This document shows, in pieces, positions 14,401-25,383 of a DNA stretch of 64,000 nucleotides (position 1 is the stretch's first letter; every line of letters starts with the position of its first letter). The stretch is from Eledone cirrhosa. Its lineage: Eukaryota. Both the position numbers and the translations under genes were made by a program. The stretch is from positions 127,410,001 through 127,474,000 of the forward strand of contig OZ024741.1 in NCBI GenBank assembly GCA_964016885.1, given 5' to 3'. Below the pieces are notes generated by a model that saw only the letters and a program-made list of their open reading frames with translations, did not search any database and was not told where the DNA came from.

Positions 14401-15591
14401 TATATACATATATATGTATGTGTGTGTATGTATGCATGTGTATATTTATGCATGAGAGTGTGTATATGTATGTAGTTACGTGCATGGATTAATATACATA
14501 TACACACGAAGACATGTAGTTTAATGGTAAGGTGCTCCGCTCACAATCGTAAAATTGAGAGATCAATTCTTGGCAGCGTATTATGTCCTTGAACAAGATA
14601 GTTTATTTTACATTATTCGCTTCAACTCAATGTCAATCTGAATCTCACTAAGAACTTAATTAAGAGTACATGGGGTTGATGAATGCTCAGCCACTTACAC
14701 ATTAATTTCACAAGCAGGTTGTTTCATTGTTCAATTAACTGAAAACTTGCTGTCAAAACCCGACAGAGGTCTAATATACACACATACACATACTCATACA
14801 TACTAATGCATTCTAAAAAAGTGGAAAGGACAGGATGTATGTACATGTATATATGTATGTATTGTATGTATATATGTGTGAGTGTGTGTATGTATGTATG
14901 CAAGTATATGTATGTGTGTGTGTATATATATATACATATGTATGTGTGTATATATATACATACATAAACACACACACACATATATATATTGTGTATATAT
15001 ATATATATACACAATATATATATATATGTGTGCGTGTGTGTTTATGTATGTATGTATATGTGTGTGTGTGTGTATGAGGATGGGTGTGTATTTGTGAGTG
15101 TATGTCTGAATATACATACATATACATACATATACACACATACTTACCTACCACCAAACCTATATAGAAACATAGATACACACACACTTATATATAATTT
15201 ATCTCAGAGGTTTGTATAATCTCTCTGAGTTGCCATAACAAAATATTTGTCATGCAGTAAGGCAACACTAGTTTTGTCAGCCTGAGTGGACTGGATTTGA
15301 CTGTATCAACAACAACAACAACAACAACAACACGCCACCTCCACCACCATAACAGCACCACTACTACCAATAACTAAAACACTAACAAGAACATCTACAC
15401 CACCAATAGCAACAACAACACTATTAACAATATTACCAACAACAACAACAAAAACCATACTAAAAACAATAGCAACACCAACAACACTACCACCATCAAC
15501 AACAAGAACAACAATAGTAACACTGCCACAATTACTCAGGTAAATCAAGGTAGGAGAACCATTCTTTCTATAAGTCATTTTGGTTAAACTT

Positions 15592-16455
15592 ATTGAATAT
15601 ATAAAGCACCCATCTCTCTCTCTAGGTCTGTTGAGTATGTAAAGAACCCATCTCTCTCTAGGTCTGTTGAGTATGTAAAGAACCCATCTCTCTCTAGGTC
15701 TGTTGAGTATGTAAAGAACCCATCTATCTCTAGGTCTGTTGAGTATGTAAACAGTCAATCTCTCTCTAGATCTGTTGAGTATGTAAAGAACACATCTCTC
15801 TCTAGGTCTGTTGAGTATGTAAAGAACCCATCTCTCTCTAGGTCTGTTGAGTATGTAAAGAACCCATCTCTCTCTAGGTCTGTTGAGTATGTAAAGAACC
15901 CATCTATCTCTAGGTCTGTTGAGTATGTAAAGAACCCATCTATCTCTAGGTCTGTTGAGTATGTAAACAGTCAATCTCTCTCTAGATCTGTTGAGTATGT
16001 AAAGAACACATCTCTCTCTAGGTCTGTTGAGTATGTAAACAGCCAATCTCTCTCTAGATCTGTTGAGTATGTAAAGAACCCATCTATCTCTAGGTCTGTT
16101 GAATATGTAAAGAACCCATCTCTCTCTAGATCTGTTGAGTATGTCAAGAGTCCATCTCTCTCCAGATCTGTTGAGTATGTAAAGAGTCCATCTCTCTCTA
16201 GATATGTTGAGTATGTAAAGAACCCATCTCTCTCCAGATCTATTGAGTATATAAAGAACCTATCTCTCTATAGATCTGTTGAGTATGTACAGAGTACATC
16301 TCTCTCCAGGTCTGTTGAGTATTTATAGAACCCATCTCTCTCCAGATCTGTTGAGTATGTCACGAACCCTTCTCTCTCTAGATCTGTTGACTAGGTAAAG
16401 AGTCCATATCTCTCTAGGTCTGTTGAGTATGTAAAGAGTCCGTCTCTCCAGATCT
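15592..16455. repeat. 36-bp minisatellite (~24 units), unit tctaggtctgttgagtatgtaaagaacccatctctc
   Basis: Directly visible tandem array. It runs into a dispersed SINE tail (ccagatctgaatgcagctgatttcttccaga) at its right end. Confidence 0.95.
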
Positions 16456-18297
16456 GAATGCAGCTGATTTCTTCCAGAGACAGAGAGATGGTGATAGAGA
16501 GGAAGTGAGAAAGTGATATAAAAGAAGAATCAACTCAGTATTGAACTGGTACTTTTTTATTGACCTTGAAAGGGTGAAAGGCAAAGGTGACCCTGGTGGG
16601 TTTTGAACTTAGAGAGTCGGAAGGAATACTAAAAAACATTTTATATGATGCTCTAATGACTATTTGCTTCCTACATTTAAAAAAATGGACAGGTGATATA
16701 AAATAACTAATTTAACCAACCACACTTTAAGAAAAACCCTGTCAAACAAGGGGGACAGCAACATTTTTTATGGTGATTTCAGATGCACATATGAAGAGGA
16801 GGAGAGCCCTTAACTATTGTTGGAATCATGGGGCACAGTTCTGACACAGCATGTGTTGTGCATTTTAGACCTGGCAGAGCCCATCTTTCTTTAGATATGA
16901 ACAGAACTGATTTCTCCCAGAAATAATAGAGAGTGGGGGAATGTAATAAAGAGAGATGGAGGAAGAATTGATCCCAGTACTGAACTGGGCTTAGAAAGCT
17001 TAAAGCAAAATTGACCTCATTGGAATTTGAACTCTGAGCACAGAGAGCCAGAATAAGTAGTTAGGTATTTAATCCAGGTCCCTAACAACTCTGTCAATGT
17101 GATGCCTTATGTACAAGGTCTTCAATTTAGGGAGTGTATATATTGGTTCTTGATTTAGACACAAGGCCAACAATTTGGGGGGAGGGGAAAATTGATAAAA
17201 TCAACCCAAGTGCATTACTGGTACTTTATTTTCTCAACCACATCAGGATTAAACACAGAATGTAAAGGGATGTAACTGTATGGCACAAATCATGTCCGAC
17301 GCTCTACTGATTCTGCTAATCCACTGCTATTAGGGAATATATATAATGTAAACTAATATTGCCAAGAGAAACAAGGGATGATACATGAAGCTGAATCAAA
17401 GAACAGAGACAATAAAAGACCACAGTGATTGGTGACATGTGGTACTAGAGAAGACCCACCTACTGGTACAGAAACAAGACACCAAGTATGATCCAATTAA
17501 CTCCTGTATATTCTGCTATTGTATTTACTACACATCCACCCACCCCAGTTTAACACATTCTCTATGTCACAACCATGTAAGAAATGTGACCTCTAACCCA
17601 TCCTTAGTAACTATTCTCACACCACCAACACCACAAGTATCACGCCCATCACTGTAATCACCACCACAACCACCATCAACACTACTATCTCCACCACAAC
17701 AACCACTGCCATGACCACCACCAGCAACACAGCCATCATCATCACAATCATCACCACCATCACCACCATCACCACCACTACCACCATCTTCATCATCATC
17801 ACCAACACCAACACCACCACCAACACCATTACCACCATCACCACTACCAATATCACCATCACTACCACTACCACTACTACAACCACCACCAACAACACTA
17901 CCACCACCACCATTATCCACCCTCCACTCTATCCTATATTGTTGTGTCACAACCATAGAGCAGATGTGAACTCTAGCCTGTTTATACCTTAACATTTCCT
18001 TAGATAAACCTACTCTTTCATTTAGTTTTATGCTCCAAGGAATGTATTGAAAGTATGTGGCTTGGTGGTTAAGGTGTTGAACGCAAGATCATAGGTTTGA
18101 GTCATGGCTGCAAGACATTTCATTTTATGTTCCTCTAGTCCACTCAACTGGAAAAAAAAAGAATACCTATCTACCTGTGTTTGTCTATCTGTCTTCATTG
18201 AAACACTCAAGAAACCTCCTATGAGATGCAAACTCATAGGAAATCAGCTACACCTACATAGGTGTAAGCTGTACCAACATGATAGGACTAAGGTCCC

Positions 18298-21200
18298 CAT
18301 CATCATCATCATCATCATCACCGTTTTACGTCCGTTCTTCCACGCTAGCATGGGTTAGACGGGTTGTCCTGTTGTGGGCAGTGTCTGGTCGGCTGACCAT
18401 GTCTTGCTCATACAGGAACTGATTTGGCCTGATTTCTACAGCTTCAGCATGTACCCATGGGAGGTCGGGTACCCTGTATTACTGCGTGACGCCAGAAGTC
18501 ACGGTCGTGTGTCATTGACTTTGAGAGGTGTAGTTGGGTAAGGTCGGCTTTTATCACCTCATCCCAAGTCATCTTGGGTCTCCCCACTCCGCGGTTTCCA
18601 TCAACTTCTAGTGCTCTGCACCTTTTTATGCAGCTGTCATCCTTCATACGCATCACATGTCCATACCAGCGTAACCGCCTCTCCTGCACGCAGCATTTGA
18701 TTCCTCTTATGCTCAGTCTCTCTCTCAATTCCTTTATGCTTTGTCGTTCACGTATATTACTGTTACACATCCATCGGAGCATGCAGGTTTCGTTTCTCTC
18801 TAATCTACGTAAGTCTTCCACCTTCAGCGCCCAGGTCTCACTGCCATGCAACATCGCTGTTCGGATACACGCATCATACAGTCTGCCTTTCATTCTGAGG
18901 GAGAAGCCTTTTGCAGCTAGCAGTGGTAGTAGTTCCCTAAACTTCTTCCATCCCGTTCTTACCCTAGTTATTGTACTTTCTGAGCACCCACCTCCGTTGC
19001 TAATTCGGTCACCTAGGTAGCAAAAGCTGTCTACTGTTTCTACAGGGCCCTCCCAGAGATTGGTGGTACTTGTTTCCTGTGGCTGTTTGCTTGCTGTTTC
19101 AGCACAGCTGCTGCATGTGAATCCTACATTCTTAATTAAGCTTCCTGAGATCCCGCTACATCTCTTGTGTACCCATTGTTTGCATTTGGGGCAGAGAATG
19201 GAGTTCCTACCTACACCTTTCCTACATACTGAGCAAGGCCATTTCCTTGAGGGGATCTGGGTTCTGTTTTCTCGTCTACTTATAAGGACCTTAGTCTTTG
19301 TCATGTTGACTTTGAGGCCCTTTCTCTCTAGTCCCTGCTTCCAGGTTTGGAATTTATTCTCTAGTTCTACCATAGATTCAGCTATGAGTGCGAGGTCATC
19401 AGCATACAGGAGTTCCCATGGGCATCCGGTCTTAAACTCCTCCGTTATTGCCTGCAGGACTATGATGAACAGGAGAGGGCTAAGAACAGAGCCCTGGTGG
19501 ACCCCAACCTGTACGCTAAATTCCTCGCTATACTCATTGCTAATCCTAACTTTGCTGACTGCTCCCCTATACATGGCTTGTACCGCTTTCACAAGCCATT
19601 CATCTACTCCTAGTTTTCTAAGAGCCCACCAGATTACTGCACGTGGAGCTCTGTCAAAGGCTTTCTCAAGGTCGACAAATGCCAAGTAGAGTGGCTTACT
19701 TTTAGCTAGGTACTTTTCCTGTAATTGCCTCACAAGGAAGAGGGCATCAGTGGTGCCTTTCCCTGGTACAAACCCAAATTGCATCTCGTCTATATTCACC
19801 CGGTCCCTAATCAGCTGTGCTATAACTCTTTCTGTTACTTTCATGACCTGGTCCATCAACTTTATACCTCTATAGTTTCCTCTATCTAGTGCATCGCCTT
19901 TACCTTTGTAGCAGTTGACAATGATGCTACTGCACCAATCTTTTGGTATGGCCCCCTCTAGTATTACCTGGTTAACGATACGTGTGGTTATAGTGTGACC
20001 TACAGACCCAGATGCCTTCAGCATCTCGGCAGCTATACCCGATGGACCGGTTGCCTTCCCTATCTTCATATCTCTGATTGCCTTACTTACTACGCTGCAG
20101 CTGACTTGTACTGCTGGTCCCTCTATAGGGTCTACGTGGGGTAGGGTCTCTTCTTCCCATGCATTCTCCTCATTTAGTAATCTATCATAATGACTCTTCC
20201 ATGCATCTTTCTTCTCAGCACTTGTGAGGGCAAGCTCACCTTTATCATTCCGGATACACTTCTCTCCAATGACATCACAACTATCTCTGACACACTGCCT
20301 CGCAATCTTGAATACCTCCTGTTTCTGGTCCTCACGTTGTAAAACATGCTTGAATTTTCTATCCTCTGCTTCCCTCCTAGCTAAGTATACTTGTCGCCTA
20401 GCTTCCCTCTTGGTCTCTATGTAATGTACCCTGCTCCCCCCGTTCTTCCATTCTTTCCATGCCTGTCTCTTGGCCTTGACTGCTTCATCTACCTTATTGT
20501 TCCACCACCAAGTCACTCTCCTCCTGCTTGAGGTCTTACTCCAGCCACAAACCTCATCCGTCGCCTCTAGTAAGTTATTTTTTAGGAACTCCCAGTTCTC
20601 TTCTACGTTAAATGTCTCTATCTGTTCTTCTTTACTGTTGTAGGCGTTGAGTAAAATATCTTTAAATCTGTTACTGGTTGAGGGGACTTTCAGCTTCCAG
20701 ATCTTTCTTCTCCAGGTTGGCCTCTGTTTCCGGGTTCGTCTAGTTCTGACCGTGAGGTCGCTGACAACTAAGCTATGTTGGGATGTACATTCCTCACTAG
20801 GGAAGGCTTTTGTGTTTACAACCGTCCATCTGTCACGTCCTCTGATGAGGATAAAATCTAACTGACTAGAGTGCTCCCCTGATCTATAGGTGATCAGGTG
20901 GTTGTTGGGTTTTTTAAAGTTTGTGTTACATATCGACATGTCATTGGCGTCGCAGAATTCTAGAAGTCTGAATCCTTCCTCATTCCTTGTGCCAACTCCA
21001 TGGCCTCCATGTACTCTATTGAAGCCGTCGCAGTGTTTACCTACGTGTCCGTTAAAATCTCCTGCAATGATTAGGAAGTCCTTGTCGTCTGTTAGAGCAG
21101 TAGTGTGTATTAGGGACTCGTAAAACCTATCCTTAAGTTCGTCTGGCAGCCCCGATTGGGGTGCGTAAGCTGATATTATTGTGGTAATTGTCTTATTCAG

Positions 21201-21596
21201 GACTAGTCTGAGTTTAATGATTCTTGCATTTACCCTGTACACTGAGATTACTTTATCTACCCACTTGTCAGCTAATAGTATACCTACACCACCCATCCCA
21301 TCGTCATTTCCCACCCAGAAAAATTTGTAGCACTGGCTTTTTCCTACAAGGACTCTAGCAGACCCTCCTCTCCATCTAGTCTCTTGCACACAGCATACAT
21401 CAACTTCCTTTCGCTCTAGCATTTCTACGATTTCTCCTGCTCTTCCTTTCATTGAGCCTACATTGATGGTACCAACTCGGAGTTTTGGGCATTTGTCGAC
21501 ACTCGTAGGGGAGGGTCTCTGGGTTGGCGCTTCACGTGGGTGCTTGGTAGCTCGCAGATTCATATTTCATCTATTGATTCAGAGTTGCTGAAAAAA
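18298..21596 (-). mobile_element. RTE-clade LINE, near full length, with (GAT)n 3' tail
   Basis: Intact ORF plus 3' UTR ending in ...ggacgtaaaacgg(tga)n, seen as (cat)n at 18298-18320. The 3' UTR matches 5'-truncated copies at 55860-56160 and 62541-63000. Confidence 0.9.
18444..21563 (-). CDS. RTE-clade LINE ORF (1039 aa): AP endonuclease, reverse transcriptase, PHD-type C4HC3 finger, C-terminal RLRWYGHV region
   Basis: APE motifs INVGSM, VQETRW, YAP, GDFNGH, LDFIL, SQH. RT motifs YRGIKL, QFGF, FVDLEKAFD, GVHQGSVLSP, YADD. No stops or frameshifts. Confidence 0.95.
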   Translation of the reverse strand: MNLRATKHPREAPTQRPSPTSVDKCPKLRVGTINVGSMKGRAGEIVEMLERKEVDVCCVQETRWRGGSARVLVGKSQCYKFFWVGNDDGMGGVGILLADKWVDKVISVYRVNARIIKLRLVLNKTITTIISAYAPQSGLPDELKDRFYESLIHTTALTDDKDFLIIAGDFNGHVGKHCDGFNRVHGGHGVGTRNEEGFRLLEFCDANDMSICNTNFKKPNNHLITYRSGEHSSQLDFILIRGRDRWTVVNTKAFPSEECTSQHSLVVSDLTVRTRRTRKQRPTWRRKIWKLKVPSTSNRFKDILLNAYNSKEEQIETFNVEENWEFLKNNLLEATDEVCGWSKTSSRRRVTWWWNNKVDEAVKAKRQAWKEWKNGGSRVHYIETKREARRQVYLARREAEDRKFKHVLQREDQKQEVFKIARQCVRDSCDVIGEKCIRNDKGELALTSAEKKDAWKSHYDRLLNEENAWEEETLPHVDPIEGPAVQVSCSVVSKAIRDMKIGKATGPSGIAAEMLKASGSVGHTITTRIVNQVILEGAIPKDWCSSIIVNCYKGKGDALDRGNYRGIKLMDQVMKVTERVIAQLIRDRVNIDEMQFGFVPGKGTTDALFLVRQLQEKYLAKSKPLYLAFVDLEKAFDRAPRAVIWWALRKLGVDEWLVKAVQAMYRGAVSKVRISNEYSEEFSVQVGVHQGSVLSPLLFIIVLQAITEEFKTGCPWELLYADDLALIAESMVELENKFQTWKQGLERKGLKVNMTKTKVLISRRENRTQIPSRKWPCSVCRKGVGRNSILCPKCKQWVHKRCSGISGSLIKNVGFTCSSCAETASKQPQETSTTNLWEGPVETVDSFCYLGDRISNGGGCSESTITRVRTGWKKFRELLPLLAAKGFSLRMKGRLYDACIRTAMLHGSETWALKVEDLRRLERNETCMLRWMCNSNIRERQSIKELRERLSIRGIKCCVQERRLRWYGHVMRMKDDSCIKRCRALEVDGNRGVGRPKMTWDEVIKADLTQLHLSKSMTHDRDFWRHAVIQGTRPPMGTC

Positions 21597-21778
21597 TAAT
21601 TGTTTCTACTATTGGCACAAGGCCAGCAATTACCCAGTACATTACTGGTACTTTATTTTATCGACCCCGTAAGGATGAAAGGCAAAGTTAACCTCGGCAG
21701 GATTTGAATGGCAAGGGCAGTAACTCTATGTGTCAAAGCATGGCGTCCGACCCTCTACCGATACTGCCAATCCACCCT
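21597..21778 (-). mobile_element. tRNA-derived SINE (family A) with core gcctttcatccttacggggtcgataaaataaagtaccag
   Basis: A-box-like tggcagtatcgg and B-box-like ttcaaatcc. Related copies at 9195-9300, 17150-17330, 23880-24043, 32807-32995, 36015-36240, 38772-38960(+), 39157-39365, 39551-39735, 54471-54650 and 62182-62392(+). Confidence 0.85.
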
Positions 21779-22359
21779 ATCATTAAAATAATGCCAAAGA
21801 AACCTCCTATGAAATGCAAACTCAGAGGAGGCCATCTAAACCTACATAGGTATGAGCTGTAACAACATGATAGGGCTGGGGCCCCTATCATTAAAACACC
21901 CTAGAAACCTCCTATGAAATGCAACCTTATATAAGGTCAACTAAACCTACATATGTGTGAGCTGTAACAACAACAACATTCCAAGGTAACTACATTTACT
22001 TAAGAATAAGTAATGTTCAAAGTGAGATTAACTTTGAAGAGTATCAGCTTTATGGTATAAGCCCCAATTAATCTCTTAACAAAGCACTTATTCATAAATC
22101 ATGAATGGGATTTCTGATAAAAAGAAAGCAGGGTCTTAGATTAATAAATTGTTTTGTTATAATACCAGGAAAATTTTAGTATATATTGTTATTGTTCCCG
22201 TCATTTAACTGTGGTCATGCTGGAATTTCACCTAATTTCATTTTCAATATGGTATTCCCTTCATCCTTTCACCAACCCTTATTCTACTCCATATATTTCA
22301 GGAACCAATTGATGATACAATAGACTAGGGGTACATTAGAGATACAAATTTTGACAAAA

Positions 22360-22685
22360 ATGTCTCGCATCTATCTACCCAAAATTTCTAAAGTGAGTAC
22401 CCCTGTCTTCCATCGTTCATGCACAACATATTCAACAATTCTTGGACCCTATCCACCAAAAGAACTTTCCAAAATATCGCCTGACAAGATTAAAATTCCT
22501 CCTAGAATAAACCCCTTAAAACCTTTGACACCCAAGAAACGAATTAACATGCATTGGGAAACTTATGACCAACATTGGCAAAACGAACACCGCAGTCTTC
22601 GTATGAGGCAAAAGGAATATAATAGATACCATAATGCTTGGGCAAAACCATTTTATGGTCAGCCAGCTGAGAAAGAAGCCTATAG
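22360..22685 (+). CDS. Gene A coding exon 1: uncharacterised 208-aa protein (MSRIYLPKISK...WAKPFYGQPAEKEAYR)
   Basis: Acceptor tttcag at 22296-22301, ATG at 22360, donor AG|gtttgt in phase 2, which joins in frame to 31437. Confidence 0.75.
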
Positions 22686-23570
22686 GTTTGTATGTAGTTA
22701 ACTCTTAACATCCTATAAACATATGAAACCACATTACAATAGCAGCCAATGTCACAATCTGTCTGTATGTGTGTGTCTGTCTATCTAGCTGCCCATCTCT
22801 CATTCTGTGTGGATATCTACCTATCAGTATCTACCTGTCTATCTATCTGCTTGACTTTCATTCTGTGTATCTGTGTCTATCTATCAGTATCTACCTCCTG
22901 TCTATCTATCTGCTTGACTTTCATTCCGTGTATCTGTGTCTGTCTGTCTGTCTATCTATCTGCTTGTCTGTCATTCTCTGTGGATATGTCTGTGTCTATC
23001 TGTCTGTCTGTTTGTCTATCAATTTGTATGCCTATCTCTATGTGTGTCTGTCTATCTGTATCTGTCTGTGCACCTATTTGTCTCTTTGTCTGTGTATCTA
23101 TCTATTCATTTGTCTGTGTGTCTGTCAGTCTATCTATCTGTGTGTGTGGGTCTGCCTGGCTGTCTGCTTGTATCTAACTGTATGTGTGTGTCTGTCTGTC
23201 TGTGTGTGTATCCATCTATCTGTTTTTCTGTAAGTCTATCTGTATCTTTGTCTATATGTCTATGTGTCTGTTTATCTAACCTTCAATAGGATGACCAGAT
23301 GTCTCTAATTGCTGCCCCATGACCATCCCCACAGACATTGTTGATTGTCTCAACATACAAAATGCCAGTCAAATGAATAGCTGAGTTGTCAGATCTAAAC
23401 AAAAGTTTTCCAATAAAATCAATCACTTCCATATATATTGTATGTGAGAGTACAAAAACAGCTATATCATCTTGTTTACATTCAATGAAGACATAATATA
23501 TGTTTATATATATATATATACACGTATATATATTATATGATGATGATGATGATGATGATATATTTATTTA

Positions 23571-23662
23571 CAGGGTGTCCCAAAAAATGTATACACAGAC
23601 TACCTGCACAGGCAATATTTATTAGAATGCTGTTGAAGTGTATATACAGTTTTGGGACACCC

Positions 23663-23664
<2 letters not shown>
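23571..23664. mobile_element. Tc1/mariner-type MITE
   Basis: TIRs cagggtgtcccaaaa / ttttgggacaccctg (15 bp perfect, extending imperfectly). TA on the left, TC on the right. Confidence 0.75.
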
Positions 23665-23699
<35 letters not shown>

Positions 23700-23791
23700 T
23701 CATCATCATCGTTTAACGTCTATCTTCCACGCTAGCATGTATATATATATATACACACATACATAATATATGATTATATATATATATACGA

Positions 23792-23844
<53 letters not shown>

Positions 23845-24752
23845 TACATACACACATATGATATATGATATATATATATAATTGTTTCTACTTTTGGCAC
23901 AAGGCCAGCAATTACCAAGTGTATTACTGGTACTTTATTTTATCGACCCCGTAAGGATGAAAGGCAAAGTTAACCTTGGCAGGATTTGAATGGCAAGGGC
24001 CGTAGCTCTATGCGTCAAAGCATGGCGTCCGACCCTTTACCGATATATATAATATATGGTATATATGTATATATTTATATAACATCATTATTTAAACAAA
24101 TATATCTCATCAAAGACATCATTATTTAGGCGCCCCTACTCCAACGTTAAATGATAATGATATATTTGTTTAAGTAAGGACATGTTATAAGCCACTATAT
24201 CACCTCTAAACTAATAATGGTATTTCTCTTTCTCTGTATATATATTTATATATACATATATAGTTCACAACACACACACACTCACGCACATATATATATA
24301 TGTGTGGTGGAGGTATATATAGATGTGTATATGTATGTGTATGTGTGGGTGTATGTGTGTGTGTTGTCAATCAGGTATTTTGACTCATCCTATTCTGTTC
24401 CTTTCAGATATATGTACATATAGTTATCTGTTTTAATGATTACAGAAATTCGTTGACCTCTCTCTCCCTCCCTCCCCTCTCTCTCTGCATTTACTTCTAG
24501 TTTGCAGTAGTTGTGACCTAAGTATACATACACCAAAATACATATGTGTGTGTGTGTGTCAATGTGTGACTATGCATGTGTATACATATACAAATACATA
24601 CATATATACATACATATATACACACATACATACATGCATACACATACATACATACACACATACATACATGCATACACATTCATACGTACATACAGATTTG
24701 TACGTACATACATACATATATATACACATACACACATACACACATACATACA

Positions 24753-25277
24753 TGATGGCTGCAAACTCTGCTAAGAGTATTGCAATCGCTTGTCAGATTA
24801 CAGAAAATGGTGCACTTTTAAGTTAGAGCCAGCCACACGAACCTGTAACAGATCCTGAATAAGCATGGCCTGTGCTTTCAAGGTTTTTTTAAGTGGAGAA
24901 AGGTCCTGCACTTGACTAATCCCACTCTCTGGGCATAAAAAACACTACCTGAAATGGAGAACTGGTCAACATCATCCGAAGGGTTTTTTCCGAGTTTCCC
25001 TCTCTTAGAAAGGTGTGACAACAACTGGGGGCCTTTCACTCCCAGGTAAAAAAAAAAAAAGTACTATTTTGATGGCTGTTAACTCTGCTGAGTTCCTCTG
25101 TCTTTTGCCAGGCTTGTATTTCATCCTGCAGGGATATCACCCCTGCACCAAGCAAGCTTGGTGGGGTTGCCGGTTTAGTTGCCAACTACCCGACCATGAG
25201 ACAGGTTGTACTGGGTTAAATGTTACCAGTAGCACTCAAGAGCGACCTGACATACAAATATGCATACATGCATACAT
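24753..25277 (-). mobile_element. Non-autonomous RTE-related element (RTE 5'-UTR-like body, cagccatca(tgta)n end)
   Basis: Minus strand contains aaaccggcaaccccacc and tctaagagagggaaactc, which resemble RTE 5' UTRs. It ends in cagccatcatgtatgtatg, the same terminus as the adjacent RTE. Confidence 0.5.
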
Positions 25278-25343
25278 ACATGATGGCTGCCCCCTTGTTA
25301 TCGAGTATGGCCATTGCACGAGAAGAAAAAAATAAATAAATAA

Positions 25344-25382
<39 letters not shown>

Positions 25383-25383
25383 T

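Noticed and set aside
14724-15219. Overlapping Cys/Val/Tyr/His/Thr ORFs (also 22749-23289, 24544-24826, 29081-29366, 30249-30690)
   Set aside because: Translations of (TG)n, (TA)n, (TCTG)n and (TACA)n microsatellites.
15306-16046. 246-aa ORF with ERWVLYILNRPR repeats
   Set aside because: By-product of a 36-bp (multiple of 3) minisatellite and an (AAC)n tract; no splice or homology support.
15592-16455. 36-bp repeats as a CRISPR array
   Set aside because: Units are contiguous with no unique spacers, the context is eukaryotic, and there are no cas genes.
17567-17995. Gly/Asp-, Val- and Thr-rich ORFs
   Set aside because: Translations of a degenerate (CAC/CAT)n trinucleotide tract.
19104-19235. 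Idea that the LINE PHD finger was captured from the neighbouring double-PHD-finger gene
   Set aside because: The finger is a family-wide trait, the DPF PHD exons are not in the window for comparison, and proximity alone is not evidence.
18574-21123. Plus-strand ORFs overlapping the RTE
   Set aside because: Antisense shadows of the LINE ORF with no independent evidence.
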